64,000 nt of DNA, taken from positions 82,894,001-82,958,000 of the forward strand of contig NC_043005.1 in assembly GCF_006345805.1 (NCBI RefSeq), written 5' to 3'. Under the pieces are notes generated by a model that was given only the letters and a program-made list of their open reading frames with translations, searched no databases and was not told where the DNA came from. The position numbers and the translations under genes were made by a program. Position 1 is the first letter of the stretch; each line of letters starts with the position of its first letter. This document shows positions 11,343-23,902 of the stretch, in pieces. The stretch comes from Octopus sinensis (Eukaryota).

Positions 11343-11700
11343 AGGCGGCGAGCTGGCAGAAACGTTAGCACGCCGGGCGAAATGATCAACGATATTTCGT
11401 CTGCCGTTACGTTCTGAGTTCAAATTCCGCCGAGGTCGACTTTGCCTTTCATCCTTTCGGGGTCGATAAATCAAGTACCAGTTACGCAGTGGGGTCGATA
11501 TAATCGACTTAATCCCTTTGTCTGTCCTTGTTTATTCCCTCTGTGTGTAGCCCCTGCTGGGTAGTAAAGAAATAGGTATTTCGTTTGTCTTTACGTTCTG
11601 AGTTTGCCTTTCACCTTTTTGGGGTTGATAAATTATGTACCAGTGAAACATTGAGGTCGATGTAATCGTCTTACCCCATGCCCGCCTCGAAATTTGAAAT
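11343..11700 (+). mobile_element. tRNA-derived SINE family A, long form with internal duplication
   Basis: AGGCGGCGAGCTGGCAGAAACGTTAGC head, GAGTTCAAATTCC B-box, repeated TTACGTTCTGAGTT..CCTTT..GGGG.TGATAAA module. Confidence 0.9.
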
Positions 11701-12139
11701 CATTATTGTTCTTCTACGGCGAGTGGGCAGAACTGTTAGATCACTTCAAAATAATTGATATCGTAGATCTAGGGGCTCTATACACTCACACACACAGACA
11801 CACAGATAGATAGACAGATAGATAGATAAATAGATAGATATACATATATATACATACATGCATATATATGTATGTATGCGTGTATGTATGTTTATACATG
11901 TATGTATATGTATAAATACATGCGTGTAAGAGCACGCGCGTTTGTGGCCTTTTCATGATAAAATCACCAATTTCATTATCAGTATCATCATATCAACAAC
12001 TGCATGTCAACAAAACATTTCATTGTTGATCAAACTGTAGGAAATAACACTTACTGCTCCCTTCCTTAAATTTGCATGTTATCTCTTTAAACAAAATCTC
12101 TCAGTATTGCCTAATGTGTGTGTGTGTGTGTGTGTGTGT

Positions 12140-12206
12140 AACGCTGCTGTGTTTATGCCTTAACTTACCTGAACGCTGCTGTGTTTATGCCTTAACTTAC
12201 CTGAAC
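12140..12206. repeat. 32 bp perfect tandem duplication
   Basis: AACGCTGCTGTGTTTATGCCTTAACTTACCTG occurs twice, next to (TG)n. Confidence 0.95.
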
Positions 12207-13233
12207 TAAATGTAATTAGCAGTTGAAAGCAACTGTCTTCTTTATAGAAGCTCTTCAACGGTCTTAATTAGAAACTTCTTACGACGAATCTTCTGACTCT
12301 CTTCAGGGAGATATGATGTGGCGAATGAAGAGTTTTTCACCTATGTGAGTGTGTTTTGCTAGTCTTAGGGAAATACTGGGAGTTTCTGTTGGTTGTTATG
12401 GTTATTATGCGGGTTCAGTCGAGGCTATTTTCGGGACTCACGTCGTTATAATTGCTGCTATTGTTGGAGATAGTGACTCGTGACTCTGTCGTTGCTGTTG
12501 TTGCAATTGCTGTCATGACTGCGTGATCAATGCTTCAGCTGGATGCTAACCGGTAACAACAACAAAACAACAATAACTAAAACTGTGGAAGGCGGGGGGG
12601 GGGTCTACTAAAAAAATAGAAATCATTGTTAGTACTGTCGTATCACTGACTAGACTAGCGTGATTTTCGATTCACTTTCGTCATATACTTGGAATTGAAA
12701 ATCTTAATTTCAAGTACAACTTTGTTCTACAGAAGTTATACTTCAAAGAACAAAACAACCGTCTTTTAACATGAATATTATGACATTTCAGCTAAGGAAA
12801 GCCAAAAATATCGACCAAAATTATATACCAACAGAGAAGTTTGAAGAAATCTGTTAACTTTAGGAAATATTGTAGTGACTAATAATTATTGAATATAAAT
12901 GTAATTGTCTTTACAGAGAAGCAGTCGAGCGAAATGTTGGAACATTGGAATATATTTCTACGTGGTCATCTTTAATATAATAAATTTTATAGAAATTGTG
13001 CTAAGTTAGCAAATTTTTCTAAAAGTATTATTTTACTGTAATGATAAAAAGCCCAAATGTTTGCTTTAAATATAGATATTATAGATTCACTATATATGAT
13101 AGTGTTAGTCTATAACATTGTACGTCATATTTGATAGCGCTAACCTTGTAAAAGTCGTGATATATATCATATGAGGGTCTATGGAAATGGTAAAGCACCG
13201 AATAAAATGGTTCGTATTATTTAGATTCAATAA

Positions 13234-13840
13234 GAAGGCGGCGAGCTAACATTATAATTAAAGAGTGAGAAGAAATTCTTTTCATGATTGGTTCCGGCTC
13301 TTTCCGTTCTAAGTTCAAATCCCGCTGAGAACAGCTCGTCCTTTCGTTCCTTCGAGATATATACAATAAAGCGTTATTCCAGTACTAGCATCGATGTAAT
13401 CGACTAATTGTCTCTTCCTAAAATAGCTAAACATGTATCAAAATGCTTTACTGCATTTTTTCCGGGTCTTTACATTCAGAATTCGAATATCGTTGTGGCC
13501 AACTTTACATTTCATTCTCCCTTGCCAAATAAATGAATCACCTTTCTGTGATCGAAGGTATCGACTACACCAACATCCTCAAAATTCTTGGCTTTGCACC
13601 TAAATGAGAAACCATTATTTAATTTCATCACGGCGGCGATTGTTAGAGCGTGGGGCAAAGACTTTAAGGCATTTGTTCGTCCTCTTTACGTTCTGACTTC
13701 AAAGCTAGCGAAGGGCATCTTTGCTTTAATTTATCTATGATCAAATGAATAAAATATTAGTCAAGTACTGTGATCGATGTATTTAAGTAACATTCGCCTG
13801 ACAAAATTTGCTAGTCTTACACCGAAATTTGAAACTATGT
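13234..13840 (+). mobile_element. Three head-to-tail degraded SINE family A copies
   Basis: Three successive GTTC(TA/AG/TG)A.TTC(A/G)AA B-box regions at about 13310, 13478 and 13690, each followed by the CCAGT..GATCGA/GATGTA body. Confidence 0.7.
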
Positions 13841-14764
13841 TGTAAGAAACATTTACATGCCATTGATTTTTGTTCCTTAATCCAGTGATGTCGATGTACC
13901 AAGTACCAGTCATATGCCTGGACTCAGTGGTCTTGTGACAAAAAGTAACAGTTCTTATCCATATAATGGTGAAGTAGCAGAAACGTCAATAGCCAGTGCT
14001 ATTCAATTACTTCTTTGTATGTATAATCGTTCTTTGTATATAATAATCCCACTTGATATGACTTGACTATTATCTTATGGTTATTGATTTATTCCCACCT
14101 TGAAATTCTCTTAAACATTTCGGAACAAAATCTCAATTTTGAGATATCAATTCAGAAATGTCTAAGATGAGTTATTTATAAGATTATAGATTTTATAGAT
14201 TTATTATTAGATACGCCACGATTTTCGATTGCTATTACATTTTGTACTACTATATATATATATATAGTAACCTTCAGACTTTAATATGCTAGACCACTGG
14301 TTTTAAATTGATATTAATTAAATTTAATATTCAATTTTTACCCTTATTATTTTAAATATAAATTTAAATAACTATGTTCTCTAACCGGTAAAATTTACTG
14401 CAAGGAATTATTTTCTGCAGAATTATTCCCGGTATTTTAGCGCGCCGAAACGAGGACTTTCGAAAGATAACCCCAATTGTAATTGGTAGAACTGTATGCA
14501 TGGTCGATCTCATGCGGACGTCTCGTGTATAGTTATGCAAATTATATTTGCAATGACGATCGTACCGAAGAGCTACGGACAATTGCGTAACTGCTGATAG
14601 CGGAACATGTCTATGATTAATCTATAGCTTTGTTTCTTTTCATTTATCTTGCTCGCTTACGTTCTGGCGTTTGCTAAATTCTCTTGAGAACACTCCTTTC
14701 TTAGTGGTAAGACCATAACAGATCTATTTCTAGCATAAAGGTTGTCCACGTAGTGGTCATCCCT

Positions 14765-14832
<68 letters not shown>

Positions 14833-17800
14833 TATATACATTGTATTACACAGGGTTGTGTCACGGAACACTTATTTCTAAATTAAAGAATCATATCTGT
14901 GTGAATCCGAGAGGCTACTGATGCAAGTACAGTGAATGGTGCCGTGCAATCATTCCAAAACTAATAAATAACATTTCCACCAAAAGAAATAGGGAACTCT
15001 GCTCTGTATGAGCAAGAAGACCAAACAGTCTTTGCATCCATATAATAATTTATTTCTTTGCTATAGTTTTGGACAACTTGAAATAGTAAAAAAAAACCTA
15101 TTTAACGTTATTAAAAAGCAGAATGAAACCATTTTATTTTCAAACTTCATATCCGCCTCACTCGTGAGGAACAAGAATCAAGGGAATCTGTATTGTGGAT
15201 TCTCTAGAGTTAATATGAAGTAAATAACTCAAAATCGTATCATATTGTTTTGCTGAGTTAGTATGTCTTATAACCATCGGTCACCAATCCTCGTTCAATA
15301 TCTGTTCATTCAATATCTGTTCATTTCAATCATTTCTCCTCGGGTATGAATATAAAATGGTTCATTATTCAAAAGAGAAAGAGAAATGCTCATATGGGAG
15401 AAACAGAATATTTTCCAGATACTAAACACGAAAATGAATTATGCAAAGGGTACCCAAGAGCAATTCACTATTACATCTTCGTCTCTCGACGTTGGTTTTC
15501 CAAACATCGGGGTTCCTTATTTTCTTCTCGTTCTTATCGTCATGTACCTTTTCTAATAATTACCGCGTCTCCTTCTTTCCGTAGGAATTCCCTCTCTTTA
15601 TTTATTTTGCGTCAGTTGTTCGCATCTCATTCCTCCCGCACAAAACATTCTGCTCTAAGCTTTGAGTTTGAGTCAATTTTTGCGTTTGATGATTTTGTTT
15701 TTAATGATATATTCAAAAGATAAAGAGAAATGGTCATATACTCCGTTGCCAATGAGGGGAGGAATAGATTTCTATTCAAATATTTTCTCCAAACTGAATT
15801 ATGTAAGGGCAAATTAACGGAATTAAACTAGGAGACGGCTAATTATTATAATGCATACAAAGCAGATGCATCCAATCCGGCAGACACCAGCACAGTTTCT
15901 GTCTGCTTAATTTTGCTCATAATACAAAAGTTGTCTGTCAAGTATATAGTACAAGATACATCTCCTAGTTGCTATAGATCAGAATCAAATTTGGAACGAA
16001 GAGGTTGTGATGTGAAGTTCTTATCAGACATAATCTGATGCCTACCCTAAAGTTTGTCTTTTATTCAATCAACAGCATATATGGAGTATACTGTTAATTA
16101 ATCAATATAGCGCCACTATATATGTTCCATCTAACAACTTTAAAATTCTCAAATTATATTTTTTAATCCACATTTTATTGTTTTTTTAGGGATTTGTTTT
16201 GTAACTCAAACCCGTCACAAACCTCAGAACAAACACTAAACGGGAGTTTGTATAGTTGATCTCATATCTAAAATCCCGTTACTAATCTACCTTTTATATT
16301 CCAAATAATTTGTTTTAAGCCACTTGAATCTAATCGTTTATAGTGACATTGTTATCTTATTTCTTAAAACTTCCAAAATATTTCTATTAATCATACAATA
16401 CAAAGGAAAGAAAATAAATAAACCCACAGAGGAAACACAGCAAACACATTCATACGGAGAATAATACGATACTCATATAGATATATATATGTGTGTGTGT
16501 GTGTGTGCGTGTGTATACATACACACGCAGAGACATACATAAAATAAAACACAGCCACATTTATACTAAAGCTATTCAATAGAATTTACAATCAGCTAGC
16601 AAGAGTAAATATTTTTTAACATTCTAAGCCTAGTAATGCAATCTCTTTTCAGTGCAGTATAAACTGAAAATAGAATAAGAGTCGAATATTTTTCTTAAGC
16701 TAAACATCTCAACATTTTTTTTTCTTAAGCTAGACATATATAACTTTGAAGAGTTTTTATTTTTAATTTTTATTATGATAGGTTTTGTTTTTTGTGCTTA
16801 CCTTTTATTTTTCCGTTTATTTATTTACATTTTCTTTCTTTATTTTTTCGTTAGAACACAGACGAACGATAATCTTCAGGAATATAAATATTTACAAATA
16901 ACAGTAAAAGACTATGTTCCAGCAGCTAACGAGGGAAACTCTATGACGCTAATCGTTCTGCTAGAAATAACAGCTAAATATGACCGACTCCTAAATCTAT
17001 TATCTTAAAAGTAAGAACTAAATTTCTTTTACGAAACGTATTGCTGGAAATAATGTATATCAAAAAATAAATGGGAATGTTCACAACTTGACCGTAGATC
17101 TAATTAACCGTGTATGACCTGAAATTTTCCTTATAGTTTAGTTCCAGATCGACACTGACCAGCTGGAACTGTTGTCTAAAGGTGAAAACAAATTACCCAT
17201 GAAACCATATCGTCTTCTCCCTAGGACCTTATTGTCCAATTCCTTTACCGTATTCTTCCTAAGATGACGATATTTGAGGAAGATAAGTCTACTAATTTAA
17301 GGGTCCTATCTTTTCATCAGTGTATCTGTAAACTAGGTCATGTGACTACTAACTCTTGGATCTGTTTCTACAGAAATATCGAAATTGTCTCACGTTCCCA
17401 AGCTGCTCAAATTTTGTGACCGTAATAAAGTTACTCTCATATTTCCTTCAACAATTTTAGAATGATGTAGATAGTTCTGAACAATGACGAGTCTCACTCC
17501 TTTCTCGAAGTCGAGTTGCACAATTCCTATAGTATCTGAGCTAAGAGAAACTGATTTAACCCCCAAACACCAGTAGCTCACCTATGAAAGAGTTCAGACA
17601 AATGCAATTCTAGAAGGCCTTCGACTCAATAAATCAGAATGTGTGTGCCTCTCATCTGCTCGATCATTTTAAATAGATATTTTTTTTAACTATTCATACA
17701 TTGATAGGCAAATATACACACTGATTGATTGGCGCGTGTAAACTTTATCTTATATTCCATCAACTCAAGAATATAGCGATACATGGTTATGTATTTGAAG

Positions 17801-17903
17801 TTCTTTGTCCTCCATGACGTTTTGCACACAAGTGAGTTGCAAAAGGACTAGGCAGCTACAGTAAAGCAGGACTCTAAAAAACAGACTCAACCCACTCACA
17901 TGC

Positions 17904-17957
<54 letters not shown>

Positions 17958-17989
17958 TGTTTTAGAGTCCTGCTTTACTGTATCTGCCT

Positions 17990-18310
17990 AGTTCTAAGAA
18001 CTTTAAAAAATACTCGTCGACAGACACTACTCAACTTCGCTTATAGATGATGGCATAAAACGTGCAAAAAGAATTGATATACAGACACTATGAAAGTCAA
18101 ACAAAACAACATATCCAATCCCAAAATATTACTTTATATTTCCACATACAACCCCAGAAACAACGAAGTATATAACACTATTTATCCAAAGCATTTCAAT
18201 ACTACATAAGGACCCTAAACTGTATGAAATTTAACGCATCCATGGAACTCTTTAAAGCAACAAACAGCTAAATCCTCTAAATCGGATGCTCGTAAAATCT
18301 CTCGCCGTCT
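17990..18310 (+). mobile_element. Penelope-like element RT C-terminal/linker fragment, decayed
   Basis: With frameshifts: KILVDRHYSTSLIDDGIKRAKRID, ILLYISTYNPRNNE, ILHKDPKLYEI, SNKQLNPLNRML; resembles the PLE pattern L..RGYP..LID..I.KA / STYNP / KRQP.NLK..L. Confidence 0.65.
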
Positions 18311-18565
18311 GCTAAAGAAAATACGTAGTAAATGATCCGCACCCTAAAATTGTTTCAATTTCCAAAAGGTTTGCAAAGCATTAGCAGGCTTCAAGAGACA
18401 CAATCGTGTCCAGAGAACATGATTAACGCTTTATTTCACTGAACTTTCTTTTGTCGTTCAAGACAAGAGAATCCAACATCATATGTATACATATATGCAT
18501 ACATACATGCATATATACGTACGTACATACATACATGCATACATATATACATACATGCATATATA

Positions 18566-18601
<36 letters not shown>

Positions 18602-18623
18602 CATACATACATGCATACATACA

Positions 18624-18874
18624 TTTTGTTAGTAAATTCTTAAAGGAGAATCTGAATAAACTGGAATTTTCAGAAAGAGAAATCGACCGGCTACTTCATA
18701 CAGTACAATTGCAATCAGTGAGCGGAAGAGTAAAAATATGTAAGACATTTCTCAAGTTCCAAATGTGAATTTGTCTGTGTTGACTACATCCAAAATATGG
18801 AGCTTTGTATCTTTGTTGGAAACCGGCTCCCTCCTCAGTGGAAGAGTTATAATAATTAAAAAATAGAAGAGGCA
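18624..18874 (+). mobile_element. R4/Dong-like RLE LINE 3' end (C-terminus plus 3'UTR) in (TACA)n, copy 1
   Basis: FVSKFLKENLNKLEFSEREIDRLLHTVQLQSVSGRVKICKTFLKFQM-stop resembles the RLE-LINE terminal helix (G.VKICKTFL); TACA arrays on both sides. Confidence 0.7.
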
Positions 18875-18974
18875 CATACATGCATGCATGCATACATACA
18901 TACATACATACATACAACATACATACATACATACATACATACATAATACATACATACATACATGCATACATACA

Positions 18975-19225
18975 TTTTGTTAGTAAATTCTTAAAGGAGA
19001 ATCTGAATAAACTGGAATTTTCAGAAAGAGAAATCGACCGGCTACTTCATACAGTACAATTGCAATCAGTGAGCGGAAGAGTAAAAATATGTAAGACATT
19101 TCTCAAGTTCCAAATGTGAATTTGTCTGTGTTGACTACATCCAAAATATGGAGCTTTGTATCTTTGTTGGAAACCGGCTCCCTCCTCAGTGGAAGAGTTA
19201 TAATAATTAAAAAATAGAAGAGGCA
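18975..19225 (+). mobile_element. R4/Dong-like 3' end, copy 2 (351 bp tandem duplicate)
   Basis: Identical by eye to 18624-18874 at offset 351. Confidence 0.75.
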
Positions 19226-19299
19226 CATACATGCATGCATGCATACATACATACATACATACACATACATACATACATACATACATACATACATACATA

Positions 19300-19780
19300 G
19301 TTACAACATTTTCAAAGGACTTATGTTAGCGTTTGGTCAGCATAATTGTTGTTATCTGGTTGTGTAAAAGGGAAAAACTATAAGCCAGATTAGTAACATC
19401 TCCATCAATGATTTGATTGTTTCCCCTGTATCGGATAAGGAACGTTACAGGTCTCTAAGATGAAAACATATCTTGCAATGGCGCCTGCAGCAAAAACACG
19501 TGTCACTAAAGAATATTGCAGCCGAATAATGAATGCCCACAGAATCCGCACGACTTTACCGCAACGTATCATCAGATGAAGGGATGAGTCTACATGAGCA
19601 GAAGATTATGAATGGATATGTTAGTAGAAAGCACCGTGATGATAGTAACATTGATCATCAAAGCAGTTTATCATGAACGAATAGCCGGATTACTACCGCC
19701 AATTTGAATGGTATGCGTTTGCAATCCAGGAACAGGAAATGTTAACCAAGTACCTGATGCACAAAAGGGATCTGAATGTT
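19300..19780 (+). mobile_element. R4/Dong-like LINE internal fragment (RT end to pre-zinc-knuckle), decayed
   Basis: KTRVTKEYCSRI, KIMNGYVSRK..NIDHQSSLS(W) and EWYAFAIQEQEMLTKYLMHK match the R4/Dong pattern KEY..R, K.MHG, ID...S..W, E....AIQ(D/E)Q. Confidence 0.7.
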
Positions 19781-19794
19781 ATCCAATAGCTTTA

Positions 19795-19995
19795 CGATTC
19801 TACCAGTTCACCTTCTTTAGGCACAAAACAACAATTTAAGAGGTTAGTTGACCCACTACTTGATTGGAATTATTTTATCAACCCTAGAAGATGACAGGAA
19901 AAGTTGACCTCAGCTGTATTTTGAACTCCGAATGTAAAAATCTGCTAAGCAATTTCCCCGACGCATTAACAATTCTGCCATCTTGCTGCTTTAAC
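19795..19995 (-). mobile_element. SINE family A
   Basis: AAAGTTGACCTCAGCTGTATTTTGAACTCCG..GCATTAACAATTCTGCCA is the reverse complement of the head. Confidence 0.75.
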
Positions 19996-20644
19996 TAAGT
20001 TATTCTACATCACTAGAATATACGGTATATATGAACATATATTTGTCCAATTAGCTATGAAATTTGACATATTTCAAACACTATGTTTTATTAGATTTCT
20101 CCATACAGCAATGTCAAATGGTATCCATTTAAATGCTCTCCATTATCATTGTGTGTCTACGTTTCCTTGATATATGTACTTTGTAGGAGGTCAACAACTT
20201 ATCAAGGCTGAAGAATTTCAAACAAATTGTTCATTAGATCTTTCCATAAAACTTCAATGCAATAATGTATCATCTTGGCTACTGAAAATCAATAATTTCT
20301 ATTTCTTTATATTTTCTGTATATTTTGAATATATATCTGTAAATAGAATATATAAAAATATCTTTATTTGTTATAACATGAGTTTCTATCCTAAATTCGC
20401 ATTCAGGCAACTTCATTATCGGACAATAATAAAAAAAAAATGGAACTAAATTTTGACACAACGCCAGCAATTTTAGAGGTGGTGTTTAGTTAATTGCATT
20501 GCTTAACTGGCACTTATTTCATTGACCTGGAAAGGGTAAAAGGCAAAGTCAGCAGAATTTCAACTGTGAATTGCCCGATACAAATATACGAATAAATTCT
20601 GAAAGTAAATCATTAGGATACAAATATACGAAGCTCAATATATC

Positions 20645-21120
20645 CATCATGACAATCAGTCTGGTAAGGATACTCCAGGCACATACATCACAACGATATG
20701 CGCACTACATCATGACCTTATATCAAAATAAACAGCACATGACCTTGCTGATGGGGCGCAGATAGAATTGTTTTTCAGGTGAAGTATCCCATCCTCTTCA
20801 AAAGGTCCTTGAATAGCGGTTCTCTAAGAATGACGATCGAAGCACCCGTGCTTTCGGGAGTGAATTATTCAAGCCCCAATTAATTCCTCCCTACACAGGG
20901 ATATGATGCTCCCCCAGTACTTCTGTTCGTGATTAGAAATACACACATCATTAGCCACTAACTGGTTAAGGCCAAGCAACTGACAAACAAAGTTACAGTA
21001 CTGAGCAAAATAATTGCTGTAGCCCATCTTTTACGCCAAGACAAAACGTACATGTTAACACTTCTAAGCAGAAAGGTTCATAAGTTATGAGAGCCACTGC
21101 TTGGGTTTGCATCAAAGCAT
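20645..21120 (-). mobile_element. Non-coding TAA-associated repeat, copy 2 (older, extends further)
   Basis: Shares CACATACATCACAA, AAACAGCACATGAC, GTGAATTATTCAA, ATGATGCTCCCC, CAACTGACAA and GCTGTAG.CCATCTTT with 10695-11155. Confidence 0.7.
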
Positions 21121-21674
21121 TGTTGTTCTTGGTGTTGTTCTTCATACAGAGAGAAACACTACATTTATTACAACACAGAATCATCCTGTTTTATGAGAAA
21201 TTGTGCCATAAAACTATCCTCTATATAACGGGTTTCTTTGATACCCTTTTACATAGCCAATGAACGAAATATGCTTGTGCTTAGGGTTGCTTATGCAGAA
21301 TACTAACTGTCGGATAAAAATCCGATTGAAACTTGTCCTAATGTCTCAAATTTATGTCGCCGTTGGATCGATCAAGACGAAAAAAGAAATCACATACGAG
21401 GTCGTCATATCTGCTAGATACAGCAGCGAAATTGCTTCAAGCCCATGCCTGTCGTATTAAACAACATAAAAATCCCATTGGAGGATACAGATTAGATGCC
21501 CATACATAATTAGAGAGAGAGAGAAAGGGGAGGGTAAGAGAATCAGACAGAAAAACAGATAGAAATGTGGATAGTTGGATTGAAAATACATGCACATATA
21601 CATACGTGTGTGTGCGCATATGTTCGTGTGAGTTTGTGTGTGTTTGTATGTGTGTGTATACTGTTGAGTGCATC

Positions 21675-21708
<34 letters not shown>

Positions 21709-21732
21709 ATATAATATATATATATATATATA

Positions 21733-21830
<98 letters not shown>

Positions 21831-22319
21831 TTATATTGCTATGGATATACATACATATATTGTCATATTAGTACATATATTGTCATATTAGTACATATAT
21901 ATGTATATATACACACATGAATATATATATATATATTTATATATTTATACACACATACACATATATATATACACACACACAAAGATATGTCTATAAATCC
22001 ACACACGCGCACACACATAAATACAAACATACGCACGTATGTTTATATATTCAGGCAAAGTAGATAAACCTGTAATGTATTTGTGTGTGCAGATGTGTGT
22101 GGTGGTGGTGGGGGGGGGGCGTGTGAGTGCATATGTATAGACAGCGATGGGTAATGAGATAGATAGACAGACAGATGGACGGACAGATAGGTAGATAGAT
22201 ATATAGAGAGAAAGAGCGAGAGAGAGAGAGAGAGTAAATGATTAAATATGGCTTTCTTGCAAGTGGTTTAATTTTCCATTCGTACATACTCTAGCCTACA
22301 GTTATTTTAGCAAACATTG

Positions 22320-22520
22320 ATATATTTGTAGTAGTCGTAGTAGTAGTAGTAGTAGTATTAGTATTAGTAGTAGTTGTAGTAGTAGTAGTAGTAGTAGTGG
22401 CGGTGGTGGTGGTGATGGTGGTGGTAGGTGTGTTGTTAGTGATGGTGGCGAAAGTCGTAGTAGTGGTGGTGTTGTCTGTAGCTGCAGTAGTAGTAGTGTT
22501 AGCAATAGTTTTATTGTTGT
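22320..22520. repeat. Compound (GTA)/(GTG) trinucleotide microsatellite
   Basis: Direct inspection. Confidence 0.9.
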
Positions 22521-23681
22521 TGTTGGATAATATAAGTATTATTATTGTGAAAGTAAAAGAAAAAAAATATATCCGTCATACGTATTCTTGTCGTTATTCA
22601 ATTTATTTTGAATTTGTAACAAATATATATTCAATTTGCTTCTATTGTAATTTTATCTCTTCGAATGAATTGTGTAGTTTGTATGTAATTGCCTACATAT
22701 ATCTGTACAAACATACATATCTGTTTTGTATGTGTATGTAATTCTTTATATTTGTGTATGATTGTTTAGTCTGTTCTCTAATAATTTTTGTGTTTTTCTT
22801 CGGTTTTTCTTCGTTCGTGTCCCATCCTTTTCAATCACAGATGAATATAAGATTTTATTGAAAACACACTTAAACAAACTGAATTTTGCAATCATTGTCT
22901 CGGCGAATTTAAGTAGCAACATGGAGTGCATTTTTAATAATAGGAATCCAATTTAGATACTTTTCGAGGCGAGCTTTACGTATACCTGTGAGTGTGCGTT
23001 TCTGTGTCTTTCCGCGTGTGTATGTGGAGGGGGGTATGTAAGTATGTATATGTATATACCACTATATACGTATTCATTTTTATATACATACATACACAAA
23101 CACACACAAACACACACACACACTCCCATCCTCCTTAATCCCTTCTTTCTCCTTTTCTCTTGGTCACTGATTCTGTCCCCTGCCTTCCACCCTCTTTGAT
23201 TCCCTCTCTCTCTGTCTCTCTTTCTCTCTCTCTCCTGCAACCTGCTGCTTCTTAAACCATTCTGTTGGCCATCGTATCTCGACCAACATGTGTCCCCGCT
23301 ACCGAAACGGTAATTATTTCTACGCCAGCTATGTTGTTGTTGTTTTTGTCTCATTTGGTCTAAAGTCGTATGACAACCACCGTTATATATATTTTGTTTA
23401 TTCATTACTGTTTTCAATTTCGTTTTCGTCTCTTGTATTTACATCCGTCTTGTGCGTTCACATTCCTGTCTTCTACCAAGAAATCTAATGCTTACAGCTT
23501 AGTTTTTTTTTCTTGGGGCTGGCCGAGTTGGAGCAAATATCAGAATTGAACAGCCGAAATTTGCTATGATGATTCGGTGTCTGACTGAAGATTGAAGGCT
23601 TCGAATGATTTGTCTGTGTTCCGTGTTCGTCCCTTCCTGTATTTCACGTTCATTATATATAAAAACATTCATTCTTATATA

Positions 23682-23721
<40 letters not shown>

Positions 23722-23862
23722 TCTGAGGACATATATAAATATATGCATTTGAAGATTAATGTATAAATATTTATGCTTATACATACCCACCAATATATAT
23801 ATATGTTTTATGTATGTATGTATATATGCCTTGTATGAATAGATATATACATTTTTATTTAA

Positions 23863-23902
<40 letters not shown>

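Noticed and set aside
11343-11430. SINE heads as tRNA genes
   Set aside because: A/B boxes are present but no cloverleaf or acceptor stem is evident, and each continues into a SINE body.
17000-17600. Unique-looking segment as a transposase remnant
   Set aside because: All frames are stop-rich and no family motif was recognised.
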